Below, in pieces: positions 39,092 through 48,214 of a stretch of 64,000 nucleotides of DNA. How positions within the stretch are numbered: the first letter of the stretch is position 1; every line of letters starts with the position of its first letter. The DNA is from Candidatus Aminicenantes bacterium (lineage in GTDB: Bacteria > Acidobacteriota > Aminicenantia > Aminicenantales > Saccharicenantaceae). Position numbers and translations under genes: made by a program. The stretch spans positions 7,670 through 71,669 of the forward strand of contig JBGLNH010000001.1 in the NCBI GenBank assembly GCA_041320535.1, read 5' to 3'. Under the pieces are notes generated by a model. The model made no database searches. It worked only from the letters and a program-made list of their open reading frames with translations, and had not been told where the DNA came from.

Positions 39092-40189
39092 CTAGATCTT
39101 CATCGGCATGAGGACGTAGGTGTTCGCGATGGCCTCTTCCGTCTCCGGCCGGAGCAGGACGGCGCTGTTCTCGTCCTTGACCTCGAAGACGACCTTCTCC
39201 GAATCGACGGCCGTCAGGAAGTCCAGGAGATACTGGGCGTTGAAGCCGATCTCGAGGTCCTGGCCCTTGTAGTCGACGTCCAGCCTGTCCCGGGCCTCGC
39301 CGATCTCCGGATTCGACGAGAAGAGGCGGAGCTTGTTCTTCTCGACCGTGAACTTGATCCCCTTGGACCTCTCGGCGGAGAGGAGCGACACGCGCCGGAT
39401 GGCCCCGGCCAGCTCCTCCCGGCCGATGACGAGGCGCCCGGGGTTGTCCTTGGGGATGACCGCCTGGTAGTTCGGGAACTTGCTCTCGATGATCCGGGAG
39501 ATGAGCGTCCTCGGCCCGACCCGGAAGAAGAGATTGTTGTCGTCGAGGTCGAATTCGACGGCCTCGTCCTCGAATTTCCGGATCTCGGCCAGCGTCTTCT
39601 TGGCCACGATGACGCTCAGCTCTTTTTCCAGCTTCAGGCCGTCCTCGGCCTTGCGCGTGTACGACAGCCTGTGCCCGTCCGTGCTCACCAGCTCGATCTG
39701 GCGGTTCTTGAGCGACAGCAGGGCCCCGTTGAGATAGTACCGCTGCTCCTGCGTGATCGCGTAGAAGACGCGGTCGATCATCTCCTTGATCTCCCGGAGC
39801 GGCAGCTTGATGCCCTTCTCGAACTTCGCGTCGGGCACCTGGGGGTAGTCCTCCTTGGCCAGGCAGAGGACCTTGAACTCGCTCTCTCCGGCCTTGATCT
39901 CGATCGTCTCGTCCTTCAGCTCGACTCGGACCGTCTGTCCCTCGGGGAGCGATTTTACGATCTCGAAGATCTTCTTCCCGTTGACCGTGATGGCGCCCGG
40001 CCGTTCGATGTCCGCGGCGAGGTGCGTCCTCAGGCCGACCTCGAGGTCGGTGCCCGTCATCTCGATCTCCCCCGCCTGGACGTTCATCAGGATGTTGGCC
40101 AGGATGGGCATCGTGTTCCTCTTCTCGACGATGCCCTGGAGGATCTGCAATTCTCCCAGGAAAGCTTCTTTGGCGATCGCGAATTTCAT
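39092..40189 (-). CDS. dnaN: DNA polymerase III beta sliding clamp
   Basis: 365 aa. MKFAIAKEAFLGELQILQGIVEKRNTMPILANILM... Directly downstream of dnaA. Confidence 0.95.
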   Translation of the reverse strand: MKFAIAKEAFLGELQILQGIVEKRNTMPILANILMNVQAGEIEMTGTDLEVGLRTHLAADIERPGAITVNGKKIFEIVKSLPEGQTVRVELKDETIEIKAGESEFKVLCLAKEDYPQVPDAKFEKGIKLPLREIKEMIDRVFYAITQEQRYYLNGALLSLKNRQIELVSTDGHRLSYTRKAEDGLKLEKELSVIVAKKTLAEIRKFEDEAVEFDLDDNNLFFRVGPRTLISRIIESKFPNYQAVIPKDNPGRLVIGREELAGAIRRVSLLSAERSKGIKFTVEKNKLRLFSSNPEIGEARDRLDVDYKGQDLEIGFNAQYLLDFLTAVDSEKVVFEVKDENSAVLLRPETEEAIANTYVLMPMKI

Positions 40190-40326
40190 ATCGGCACCTC
40201 TCGCTCGACTGTCCTCTTCTTTATTCTTTATTCTTAATATTTAATTCAGAAAACAACTCAAATCAAGAAAAGAAATAAGAAAGTCCTCTGGAAATGTGGG
40301 AATCCGCGCGAAACGATTGATCCTTC
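40190..40326. other. AT-rich dnaA-dnaN spacer, candidate oriC unwinding region
   Basis: 40216-40290 is cttctttattctttattcttaatatttaattcagaaaacaactcaaatcaagaaaagaaataagaaag, with a TCTTTAT tandem. A DnaA-box-like TGTGGGAAT sits near 40305. Confidence 0.45.
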
Positions 40327-41658
40327 TCATTGGATGAAGGCCAGGAGGCTGTTGATCTCTTTGTTGAATTCGGGATCGTCCGTCCGGAGCTTTTCGATCT
40401 TCCGGATGCTGTGGATGACGGTCGTGTGGTGTTTTCCACCGAATTTCTTGCCGATATCCGGAAGGGAGGACTTGGTCAGCTCCTTGGCCAGGTACATGGC
40501 TATCTGGCGGGGGAAGGCGACCTTGGGGGAATTGTTCTTCGACTTGAGCTGCGAGGTCTTGAGCTTGAACTTGTGGCAGATGAGCTTCTGGATCTTTTCC
40601 ACAGTGACGATGGTCGTCGAGGAGTCGAGCAGGCCTTTCAGGGCCTCCTTGGTCAGGTCGAGATCGATCCTCTCGCCCTTGAGGGAGGCGAAGGCGATGA
40701 CGCGGCGGAGATACCCCTCGAGCTCGCGGATGTTCGTCTGGACCTTGTCGGCGACGTAGAGGGCGACGCTCTCGGGGAGGACGACGGCCTCCGATTCGGC
40801 CTTTTTCTTGAGGATGGCGATGCGCGTCTCGATGTCGGGGGGCTTCAGGTCGGCGATGAGGCCCCATTCGAAGCGCGACCGGAAGCGCTCCTCGAGGTGG
40901 GGGATCTCCTTCGGGGGGCAGTCGCTGGAGATGACGATCTGCTTCTGGCTGTCATAAAGGTGGTTGAAGGTGTGGAAAAATTCCTCTTTGGTCCGTTCGC
41001 GGCCGGACAGGTAGTGGATGTCGTCCATGAGCAGCAGATCGACGCTCCGGTATTTCTCCCGGAACTCCAGGATCTTGCCGTACTGGAGGTGGTTGACGAG
41101 GTCGTTCATGAACTTCTCGGTCGTGACGTAGAGGATCTTGTTCTTGGCGCTCTGCTGGACCGAGAAGTGCCCGATGGCGTTCATCAGGTGCGTTTTGCCG
41201 AGCCCCGCCCCGCCGTAGATGTAGAGGGGGTTGTAGGATTTGGCCGGGTTCTTGGCCACGGCCGAGGCGGCGGCGTGCGCGAACTGGTTGCAGCTGCCGA
41301 CGACGAAGTTCTCGAAGGTGTAGTTGGGATTGAGGTTCGGATTGACGGCCTGCCCCGGCTTCGTTTTCCGCTCCTCGGGGGACCGGCGCATGAAGGCCGT
41401 CGGGGTGTCGTCGTGGATGTAGCGGACGTCGAAGGTCTTGCCGAAGATATCGCGCGAGCACTCGTTGATGACGTTCGAATAGTGGAACGACAGCCAGTCG
41501 CGGAAGTAGGCGTTGGGGACCTTGACGTAGAGGCAGTCCTGTTCCTGCCCGATGAAGGTCGTCGGGTCGAACCAGGTCTCGAACGAGTTGGGATCGACCT
41601 TGGTTTCGACGGCCCGCAGGATATCGTTCCAAGGATTTTGTTTTTCTTGAGGTTCCAT
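40327..41658 (-). CDS. dnaA: chromosomal replication initiator DnaA
   Basis: Start trimmed to MEPQEKQNPWNDIL (complement 41656-41658). Walker A GGAGLGKTHL and the C-terminal DNA-binding HTTVIHSIRKI. Confidence 0.95.
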   Translation of the reverse strand: MEPQEKQNPWNDILRAVETKVDPNSFETWFDPTTFIGQEQDCLYVKVPNAYFRDWLSFHYSNVINECSRDIFGKTFDVRYIHDDTPTAFMRRSPEERKTKPGQAVNPNLNPNYTFENFVVGSCNQFAHAAASAVAKNPAKSYNPLYIYGGAGLGKTHLMNAIGHFSVQQSAKNKILYVTTEKFMNDLVNHLQYGKILEFREKYRSVDLLLMDDIHYLSGRERTKEEFFHTFNHLYDSQKQIVISSDCPPKEIPHLEERFRSRFEWGLIADLKPPDIETRIAILKKKAESEAVVLPESVALYVADKVQTNIRELEGYLRRVIAFASLKGERIDLDLTKEALKGLLDSSTTIVTVEKIQKLICHKFKLKTSQLKSKNNSPKVAFPRQIAMYLAKELTKSSLPDIGKKFGGKHHTTVIHSIRKIEKLRTDDPEFNKEINSLLAFIQ

Positions 41659-41671
41659 GGGAGCGCTTATT

Positions 41672-41703
41672 TTTTCCACAGATTTTTCCACATCTGTGGA
41701 AAA
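41672..41703. promoter_or_regulatory. cluster of three DnaA-box-like 9-mers upstream of dnaA
   Basis: TTTTCCACA at 41672-41680 and 41684-41692, and TGTGGAAAA at 41695-41703. Consensus is TTATCCACA. The last two form a palindrome. Confidence 0.65.
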
Positions 41704-41951
41704 TCTTCTCCCGGGTGTCTGCCGTCCGGGGGAAGCCCGGCAATCATAGCATTCCGAAAGGGCCTTTTCAAGTCTTTTTTTAGGGGAAAACGGGGCTCGG
41801 GACGCGCCGCGGCCGGGCCACGGCGGGAGACGCGGCAAGGCCGCTCCGGGAGGCCCGGAAAGGCCGGAAAAGGGCCCGAAAACGAGGCCGTGTCGGGGCC
41901 GCGGAGGGCCCGGGAAACCGTCTGTTTTGTCGCGCTTAGAAGGGCTTCCTG

Positions 41952-42575
41952 TCAGCGCGCGATGAGCGTCCTCGTCTCGATGGTCGTCGTGCCGAGAAGG
42001 ACGGGCAGGAGACGGGCGCGGACGCGCGCCGAGAGCTCGGACAGGGCGAAGTCGGCCGGCTTCTCGAGGTCCGTGTAGTCGCGGTCTTCGCGGTATTCGC
42101 GGCGGTAGAGCGTCGTCCCGTCGGCGGCCGACCGGATCGCGAGATCGACCGTCATCGTCCACCGGCGCCGCTCGAGGACGCCGCGCTCGGCGGCCTTGAA
42201 GGGCCCGTCGACGGGCAGGTCCCTCTTGTCGAGCGCCTTGCGGACCTCGGTGGCCAGTCGCACCTCGCCGGAGACGACGAGGACGCGGCCGCCCCTCGCG
42301 GCGAGCGCCTCTTCGGGCGCGGCGACGCGCGTGACGGTCCCCTTGAAGGCCAGGTCGATCTCTCTGGCGAGATAGTCGGCCAGCGCGCGTCCGGCCGCGA
42401 GCCCGTCGACCGGGGCCTCCTCGCGGAAATCGGCCACCGCGACCTCGTCGAACGAGCCGGCGGGAAAAGGGGAGACGCCGGGCATGTCGACGCGGATGTC
42501 GACGAAGCGCGCCGGGCCGCAGGCGAGGCCTGCGGCCAGCGCCAGGGAGAGAGCGACGGCGGCCGCTGTCCTCAC
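41952..42575 (-). CDS. hypothetical lipoprotein
   Basis: GTG start (complement 42573-42575) overlapping the upstream stop. Lipobox VALSLALAAGLACG. No family recognised. Track ORF 41952..42797 is over-extended. Confidence 0.5.
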   Translation of the reverse strand: MRTAAAVALSLALAAGLACGPARFVDIRVDMPGVSPFPAGSFDEVAVADFREEAPVDGLAAGRALADYLAREIDLAFKGTVTRVAAPEEALAARGGRVLVVSGEVRLATEVRKALDKRDLPVDGPFKAAERGVLERRRWTMTVDLAIRSAADGTTLYRREYREDRDYTDLEKPADFALSELSARVRARLLPVLLGTTTIETRTLIAR

Positions 42576-42916
42576 GTCTTCGCTCCGCGGAAGGCCTCCA
42601 GACGGGCCTTGAAGGAACCGAAGTTGATCCGGATCGTGGCATCGTCCGGATCGAGCCGGAGCGCCGTTTCGTACTCCCGGCGGGCCTCCTCCCACTCGCC
42701 CCGTTTTTCGTGGGCCACGGCCAGGTTGTTGTGGGCGGCGGCCGAACGGGGGTCTCTGTGAACGGCCTCGGTCCAATGCCGGACGGCCGCGTCCCAATCG
42801 TCGGCGCGGGCCGCGGCCACCCCGGCGACGAGGGGCGCCCGGGCCAGGGGGCGGGCGCAGGCCGCCAGGCCGAGAAGGACGAGGCAGGCCAGGGCGGCCG
42901 GGACGGAAGGCTTCAT
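42572..42916 (-). CDS. TPR-repeat lipoprotein
   Basis: 114 aa. Lipobox LLGLAAC. TPR consensus AAAHNNLAVAHEKRGEWEEARREYETALRLDP. Confidence 0.6.
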   Translation of the reverse strand: MKPSVPAALACLVLLGLAACARPLARAPLVAGVAAARADDWDAAVRHWTEAVHRDPRSAAAHNNLAVAHEKRGEWEEARREYETALRLDPDDATIRINFGSFKARLEAFRGAKT

Positions 42917-42996
42917 CGGGGGCTCGGGATAAGATTACGCTTTCAGGGCCCCGCCGGTCAAGGCGGTCCGCGGCGAGGGCGGGCGAGGCCGGGAAC

Positions 42997-43025
42997 TTGC
43001 CTTGCCCGGTCTTTTGTGGTATAAA
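42997..43025 (+). promoter_or_regulatory. candidate promoter for rpmB
   Basis: TTGCCT (42997-43002), 17-nt spacer, TGgTATAAA extended -10 (43017-43025). Confidence 0.4.
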
Positions 43026-43059
43026 TCCGGCTCAATCATCCGACGAGAGAGATCGAACC

Positions 43060-43251
43060 ATGCCGAAAGTCTGCGAGATATGCGAAAAAGGCCCCGTTTT
43101 CGGGCATAGCGTCAGCCATTCCCACAAATCGACCCCGAAGAAGTGGAAGCCCAATCTCCAGCGGGTCAAGGCCCAGACGCCCAAGGGCGTCCGTCAGATC
43201 TGGGTGTGTTCCCGCTGCCTGCGGTCGGGCAAGGTGGCCAAGGCCGCCTGA
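43060..43251 (+). CDS. rpmB: 50S ribosomal protein L28
   Basis: MPKVCEICEKGPVFGHSVSHSHKSTPKKWKPNLQRV... Start trimmed from track ORF 42997. Confidence 0.95.
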   Translation: MPKVCEICEKGPVFGHSVSHSHKSTPKKWKPNLQRVKAQTPKGVRQIWVCSRCLRSGKVAKAA

Positions 43252-43268
43252 CCCGGGCTGTTCAAAGA

Positions 43269-45410
43269 TCAGACGCGCTCGACCGACAGAACTTCCTTCA
43301 ATCCGGCGATCCTCTTCACGATCGCCTCGAGGTGCCGGATGTCCCTGATGCGCACGTCCAGCCGGATGCGGGCCTTTCCCTCGGCCAGCATCGACGCCTC
43401 GGCCTTGGAGATGTCCCCCTCGAGCCCGGCGACGGCCGTGGCCACCTTGGCCAGGACCCCGGGTGAGTCCTGCGACTTGATCATGAGGCGGGCCTTGAAC
43501 GGGGCGTCGAACGAGGCGTCCCAGGCGACCTCGACCTGACGCTGGACGTCCAGCAGCTCTTTCGTCACCAGCGGGCAGCGCAGGGAGTGGACCGTCAGTC
43601 CGCGCCCGGCCGTGATGTAGCCGACGACGGGCTCGCCCTTGACCGGGGAACAGCACTTGGCGAGCTTGATCATCTGGCCGTCGATGTCCTTGATGAGGAC
43701 GCCCTGGCCCGGCGACAGGCGGGCCTTGGCCTTTCCGAGAAGGGTCGAGCGGCGCGGCGCGACCGGGCCGAAGACGGAGCCCATGAGCTCGGGCCCGACG
43801 ACGATCCGGCCGAGCCCGACCTGCCGGTAGAACTCGTCCAGGGTCGCCGCCCTCGGGCCGAGAACGGCGGCCAGCCGGGGCGCCAGGTCCCGTTCGAGGC
43901 CCGCGCCGGCGGGCAGGTCGTACTTGCGGACCTCCCGTTCCCAGAGCTTCCGGCCCAACGCGGCGCTCGTCGTCCGGCTCCTCAGGTTGAGCCAGCGCTT
44001 GAGGTGCTGGCGGGCCCCGGCCGTGGCGGCGGCGGCGAGCATGCCCCGGGTCGGCGACTTGTCGGGATCGGTCAGGATCTCGACGATGTCGCCCGTCTTG
44101 AGGGCCGTCTTGAGCGGGGCGGAGATGCCGTTGACGAGGGCCCCCGACGCGCGCAGGCCGATCTCGGTGTGGATCTTGAAGGCGAAATCGAGAGCCGTGG
44201 CCCCGGGCGGCAGGTTGACGACCTTGCCCTTGGGCGTGAAGACGTAGACCTCTTCGGGGATGAGGTTGGTCTTGAGGCTGCGCATGAACTCCTGGGGGTC
44301 TTTCCGTTCCTCGAAGAGGGCGGCCATCTCGCGGAGCCAGTGGAGGCGGCGGTCCTCCTTCATCGCGCCGGGCGGGGCGTCGTCCTTGTAGCGCCAATGG
44401 GCGGCGATCCCGTTCTCGGCGAGATCGTGCATCTCGCGCGTCCGGATCTGGATCTCGAACATCTTCCGGCCCTCGGTGATGACCGTCGTGTGGAGGGCCT
44501 GGTAGAGGTTCGCCTTGGGCATGGCGATGAAGTCGCGGAAGCGCTGGGGCAGGTGGGTCCAGCGCTGGTGGATCGTGCCCAGGATGGCGTAGCAGTCCTT
44601 GATCGTGTCGGTGATGACCCGCAGGGCCAGGAAATCGAAGACCTGGTCGAAGGAGATCTCCCGCCTCTTCATCTTGCTCCAGACGCTGTAGGGCCGCTTC
44701 ACGCGCGAGAAGATCTCGGCCGGCAGCCCGTTCGCCGCGACGAGGTCCGTCAGGGCCCGCCTCATGGCCTCGAGGTCGGCCTCGGCCGCCGCGCGCTGCG
44801 GCTCGACCGCCGCCGCGACCCGGGCGTGCTCCTCGGGCGCGACGTAGCGGAACGACAGGTCCTCGAGCTCGGCCCGGATCCGGCCCATGCCGAGGCGGTT
44901 GGCGATGGGCGCGTAGACGTCGAGGGTCTCTCGGGCGATCTGGCTCCTCTTCTCCTCGGGGAGGGGCTTCAGGGTCTTGAGGTTGTGGACGCGATCGGCG
45001 AGCTTGATGAAGACGACCCGGATGTCGTCGGTCATGGCCAGGATGATCTTGCGCAGGGTCTCGGCCCGGCGGACCTCGGGCGAGACCTCCTGGACGCGGC
45101 TGATCTTGGTCACGCCCTCGACCAGGCCGGCGACCTCCTTGCCGAAGCTCTCGCGGATCGCCGCGGGCGTCGTCTCCGTGTCCTCGAGGACGTCGTGGAG
45201 CAGGGCGGCGACGAGCGTCGTCCGGTCGAGCCTCATGTCGGCGAGGTAGGCGGTCACCTCGAGCGGGTGGCTGAGGTAGGGCTCTCCGGAGCGGCGGACC
45301 TGGCCCTTGTGGGCCTGGCCGGAGAAGACGTAGGCCTTGCGGAGGACCGCGACCTCCTTCTCGCTGATGTAGGAGGAGACCTTCTCGAGGATGTCGTCAA
45401 ACCGGACCAT
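43269..45410 (-). CDS. relA: bifunctional (p)ppGpp synthetase/hydrolase (RelA/SpoT homologue)
   Basis: 713 aa with HD domain (HDVLEDT), synthetase domain, TGS and ACT domains. Confidence 0.95.
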   Translation of the reverse strand: MVRFDDILEKVSSYISEKEVAVLRKAYVFSGQAHKGQVRRSGEPYLSHPLEVTAYLADMRLDRTTLVAALLHDVLEDTETTPAAIRESFGKEVAGLVEGVTKISRVQEVSPEVRRAETLRKIILAMTDDIRVVFIKLADRVHNLKTLKPLPEEKRSQIARETLDVYAPIANRLGMGRIRAELEDLSFRYVAPEEHARVAAAVEPQRAAAEADLEAMRRALTDLVAANGLPAEIFSRVKRPYSVWSKMKRREISFDQVFDFLALRVITDTIKDCYAILGTIHQRWTHLPQRFRDFIAMPKANLYQALHTTVITEGRKMFEIQIRTREMHDLAENGIAAHWRYKDDAPPGAMKEDRRLHWLREMAALFEERKDPQEFMRSLKTNLIPEEVYVFTPKGKVVNLPPGATALDFAFKIHTEIGLRASGALVNGISAPLKTALKTGDIVEILTDPDKSPTRGMLAAAATAGARQHLKRWLNLRSRTTSAALGRKLWEREVRKYDLPAGAGLERDLAPRLAAVLGPRAATLDEFYRQVGLGRIVVGPELMGSVFGPVAPRRSTLLGKAKARLSPGQGVLIKDIDGQMIKLAKCCSPVKGEPVVGYITAGRGLTVHSLRCPLVTKELLDVQRQVEVAWDASFDAPFKARLMIKSQDSPGVLAKVATAVAGLEGDISKAEASMLAEGKARIRLDVRIRDIRHLEAIVKRIAGLKEVLSVERV

Positions 45411-45972
45411 GGCCGGAGAGCCCCTCCGCGGCGAGGATCCATTCGGCGGCCTCGAGGACGTGGGCGGCCGTGCGGGCCGGCCGGACGCCCAGGGCCGCGA
45501 GCTCGGCCGGAGCGGACCGGCCGTAGCCTGTGAGGACCAGAATGGGGACCGCCCCGATGTTCAGCCCGAAGAGAATGTCGGCGGGCTTGTCCCCGACCAT
45601 GTAGGACGCGCCGAGATCGAGCCCGTGCTCCCGCCCGGCGAGGAGGCCCAGGCCGGGCCGGGGCTTGGCGCAGGCGCAGGCTTCGCCGGGGCCGTGGGGG
45701 CAGGAGTACAGGGCGTCGAGCGGCGCCCCGCGGCGGGCGAACTCCCCGAGGAACCGGGCGTGGAGCTCGTCGAGCTCCGCCGCGCCGAAGTAGCCGCGGG
45801 CGAGCCCGGACTGATGCGTGACGACGACGGTGGCGAAGCCGGCCCGGCCGAGCAGCCGGACGGCCTCGTAGGCCTCCGGGTAGATGTGGACCTGGCGGAA
45901 ATCGGCCGGGTACCCGGTGTCCTCGTTGAGGGTCCCGTCGCGGTCGAGGAACACGGCCTGGCGCGTCGTCAT
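45397..45972 (-). CDS. gmhB: D-glycero-D-manno-heptose 1,7-bisphosphate phosphatase (HAD-IIIA)
   Basis: FLDRDGTLN motif I, Zn-binding C..H..C.C loop (CPHGPGEACACAKP) and MVGDKPADI. Confidence 0.8.
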   Translation of the reverse strand: MTTRQAVFLDRDGTLNEDTGYPADFRQVHIYPEAYEAVRLLGRAGFATVVVTHQSGLARGYFGAAELDELHARFLGEFARRGAPLDALYSCPHGPGEACACAKPRPGLGLLAGREHGLDLGASYMVGDKPADILFGLNIGAVPILVLTGYGRSAPAELAALGVRPARTAAHVLEAAEWILAAEGLSGHGPV

Positions 45973-46014
45973 GGCATGCGCTCGCCGATCGTGGCGAAGA
46001 CCTCCGCCGGTCGT

Positions 46015-46314
46015 CTACGAGACGGGCTTGTCGGCCTTCGCGGGCTTGGCCGCCTCGGCCTCGCCCGATCCGGCCTTCGTCCCGTCCTTCGACTCCGCCT
46101 TCTTGCCGGTCTCGGGACCGGGCTCCGCGGAGCCCTTCTTGGCGTAATCGGTGATGTACCAGCCGTTGCCCTTGAACTTGATGGCCGGAGACGAGATGCG
46201 CTTGAAGACGGGGCCGCCGCACTTGGGGCACTTCTCGAGGGGCTTGTCCTTGGCCTTCTGCAGCACCTCGGTCGTCTCCCCGCACGACTTGCACTGGTAC
46301 TCGTAAAGCGGCAT
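46015..46314 (-). CDS. FmdB-family zinc-ribbon protein
   Basis: MPLYEYQCKSCGETTEV...CPKCGGPV (CxxC-CxxC) with an acidic/Lys-rich tail. Confidence 0.8.
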   Translation of the reverse strand: MPLYEYQCKSCGETTEVLQKAKDKPLEKCPKCGGPVFKRISSPAIKFKGNGWYITDYAKKGSAEPGPETGKKAESKDGTKAGSGEAEAAKPAKADKPVS

Positions 46315-46353
46315 CGAGGCTGACTCCGGCGGAATTCGCTCCTGAAAGGGCCT

Positions 46354-46362
46354 ATTATAACA
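46354..46362 (-). promoter_or_regulatory. extended -10 element TGTTATAAT upstream of the FmdB-like gene
   Basis: Complement of attataaca at 46354-46362. Same 12-mer context as at 16451-16462. Confidence 0.35.
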
Positions 46363-46440
46363 GAAATCGCCGCCGATTATCCGGGGCGGTATCGACCGGA
46401 ACCCCGAGGCCCCTACGCGGCCGACCGAAAACGCGGGTTT

Positions 46441-47895
46441 TTATTCGCGGAACACGATGGCTTCGAAGACCGAGAGCCTGGCCCCGCGCCTCCAGGCGTC
46501 GGGCGGCAGCCCGGCCTTGAGAGAGGCCTGTTCGAGGAAGGTCTCCCGGTCCCAGCCGTTCTCGACCGGGACCTGGGGCAGGAGGAGGCCTTTGCGGCCG
46601 TCGCGCTCGACGATGAGGCCGTGCGTCCCGACCCGGACCTCCCGCGCCCGGGCGATCTCGCGCGGCGGCGTCAGCACGGAGATCTCGATGCGGATGGCCT
46701 CGAGCTCGGCGGCGCCGACCGGCGGGAAGCGCGGGTCCTCCGACGCGGCCAGGACCGCGGCCTGGATCACGGTCCGTCCGAGCGGGGCGGCCGGCTCCGT
46801 GTAGCCGATGCAGCCGCGCAGCTCGCCCGCCTTCCGCAGCGTGACGAACGCGCCGCGGGGCGCGGCGAGCCTGGCCCGCCCGGTCCGGTCCCCGATGACG
46901 CCGCCGCGCAGGACGAATTCGGTCAGGGCCTCGCGGGCCAGGCGCAGGAGCTCCGCCTTGTCGTCCCGGTCGAGGGCGAAGGCCTCGGCGCCCGCCCCGG
47001 AAAGCACGGCGGCGGCGAGATAGCCGACGACCGGGCCCCCGGCCCCCGACGAATCGGTCCGGGCCAGGATCTCGACCGACGGCCGGCCGGCCTTCTCGGC
47101 GAGAAGGAGCAGGGCGGCGACCCCTCCCCCGCCGCACATGATGTTCTCGCCGGCCTCGACCTTGCGGATGATCGTATCGACGCGCAGGCCGCGGATGAGC
47201 TCGGCCGTCGCCGCGTCGGCGGCCTCGGCCCGGGCCTTCGGCAGATAGTGCGACAGGTCGGTCGAGGCGACGACGAGGACCTTCTTCCCGAGGCAGGCTT
47301 TGGCCAGGGCGGCCGCCAGGGCCCGGATGTTCTCGCGGGCCGGGAGGCCCATGACGACGGGGACGATGGAGGCGCCGGGCAGGGCCCGCTGGATGAACGG
47401 CACCTGGACCTCGACGGCGTGCTCCTCGGCGAAGGCGTCGGCGCGGAACCCCGCGCCCGCGGCCTTGGCGATCTCGCGGGCCAGCGCCTCGTCGACGCGG
47501 GCCACGCCGAGCGGGGTCTCGAATCCGCCGTCGGGCCAGACGGACAGGCCCTCGAAGGCGACGCGGTGGGACGGGGCGAGGATGACGACCGTTTCGACGG
47601 GCGTCCCCATGACCCGGGCATAGGCCGCGGCCGCCGTCCGCCCCGAGTAGACGTAGCCGGCGTGGGGGGCGATCAGGCCGACGACGCGGCCGGAGGGCGC
47701 GGAGGCCGGGGCCGCGGCTTCGAGCGCCGCGTCGATCTCCGCGGCCAGTCGGACCGGGTCGGCGGGGTAGAACTGTCCGGCGAAGGCCGGCGGGCGGACG
47801 CCCTGCCCCCCGAGGACGGACGGGAGGAGCAGGGCCGCCGCGGCCGCGAGCCCGAGCGTTCTGCGGAGCGGGTGGGCGGTCATCGTCTCCCTCAC
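46441..47895 (-). CDS. Memo-like (AmmeMemoRadiSam protein B) / AMMECR1 (protein A) fusion with N-terminal signal peptide
   Basis: Signal LGLAAAAALLLPSVLGG. Memo motifs FAGQFYP, APHAGYVYSG, EHAVEVQVPF, DLSHY. AMMECR1 motif GAFVTLRKAGELRGCIGYTEP. Confidence 0.85.
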   Translation of the reverse strand: MRETMTAHPLRRTLGLAAAAALLLPSVLGGQGVRPPAFAGQFYPADPVRLAAEIDAALEAAAPASAPSGRVVGLIAPHAGYVYSGRTAAAAYARVMGTPVETVVILAPSHRVAFEGLSVWPDGGFETPLGVARVDEALAREIAKAAGAGFRADAFAEEHAVEVQVPFIQRALPGASIVPVVMGLPARENIRALAAALAKACLGKKVLVVASTDLSHYLPKARAEAADAATAELIRGLRVDTIIRKVEAGENIMCGGGGVAALLLLAEKAGRPSVEILARTDSSGAGGPVVGYLAAAVLSGAGAEAFALDRDDKAELLRLAREALTEFVLRGGVIGDRTGRARLAAPRGAFVTLRKAGELRGCIGYTEPAAPLGRTVIQAAVLAASEDPRFPPVGAAELEAIRIEISVLTPPREIARAREVRVGTHGLIVERDGRKGLLLPQVPVENGWDRETFLEQASLKAGLPPDAWRRGARLSVFEAIVFRE

Positions 47896-48006
47896 GCGTT
47901 GCCTCCTTCATGATATCGGCGGTCCGGAGAAAATGCAACTTCGGGCCACCCGGTTGGGATTGACTTTTGGCGCGATTTCAATAGAATTGAGTGCGGGAAG
48001 GTTGCG

Positions 48007-48141
48007 ATGAAAGGCTTCTTCAAATTCCTGCTCGCGGTGCTGACGTTCGGCGCGGTCTTTTTCCTCGGCCTCCATCTCGGGAAAGAAAAGGAAAGATCCA
48101 AGATCCCGATCTTCCAGGAAGATCCGGACAGCGGAGAGTGA
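48007..48141 (+). CDS. possible 44-aa membrane peptide
   Basis: Own reading: ATG 48007 ... TGA 48139-48141, MKGFFKFLLAVLTFGAVFFLGLHLGKEKERSKIPIFQEDPDSGE. Below the ORF-track size cutoff. Confidence 0.25.
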   Translation: MKGFFKFLLAVLTFGAVFFLGLHLGKEKERSKIPIFQEDPDSGE

Positions 48142-48214
48142 CCGGTCCGCCGGTCGCCCGGCCTGAGACGCGGCGTCCGGCCGGAGGTCCCGGGATGAGC
48201 GAGAGGGTCGAACG

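Noticed and set aside
40241-42078. ORFs 40241..40867(-), 40330..42078(+) and 40952..41743(-), plus the 771-aa extension of dnaA to 42642.
   Set aside because: These are shadow frames of dnaA. The extension upstream of MEPQEKQNPW crosses the DnaA-box region and a GC-rich spacer with no protein-like sequence.
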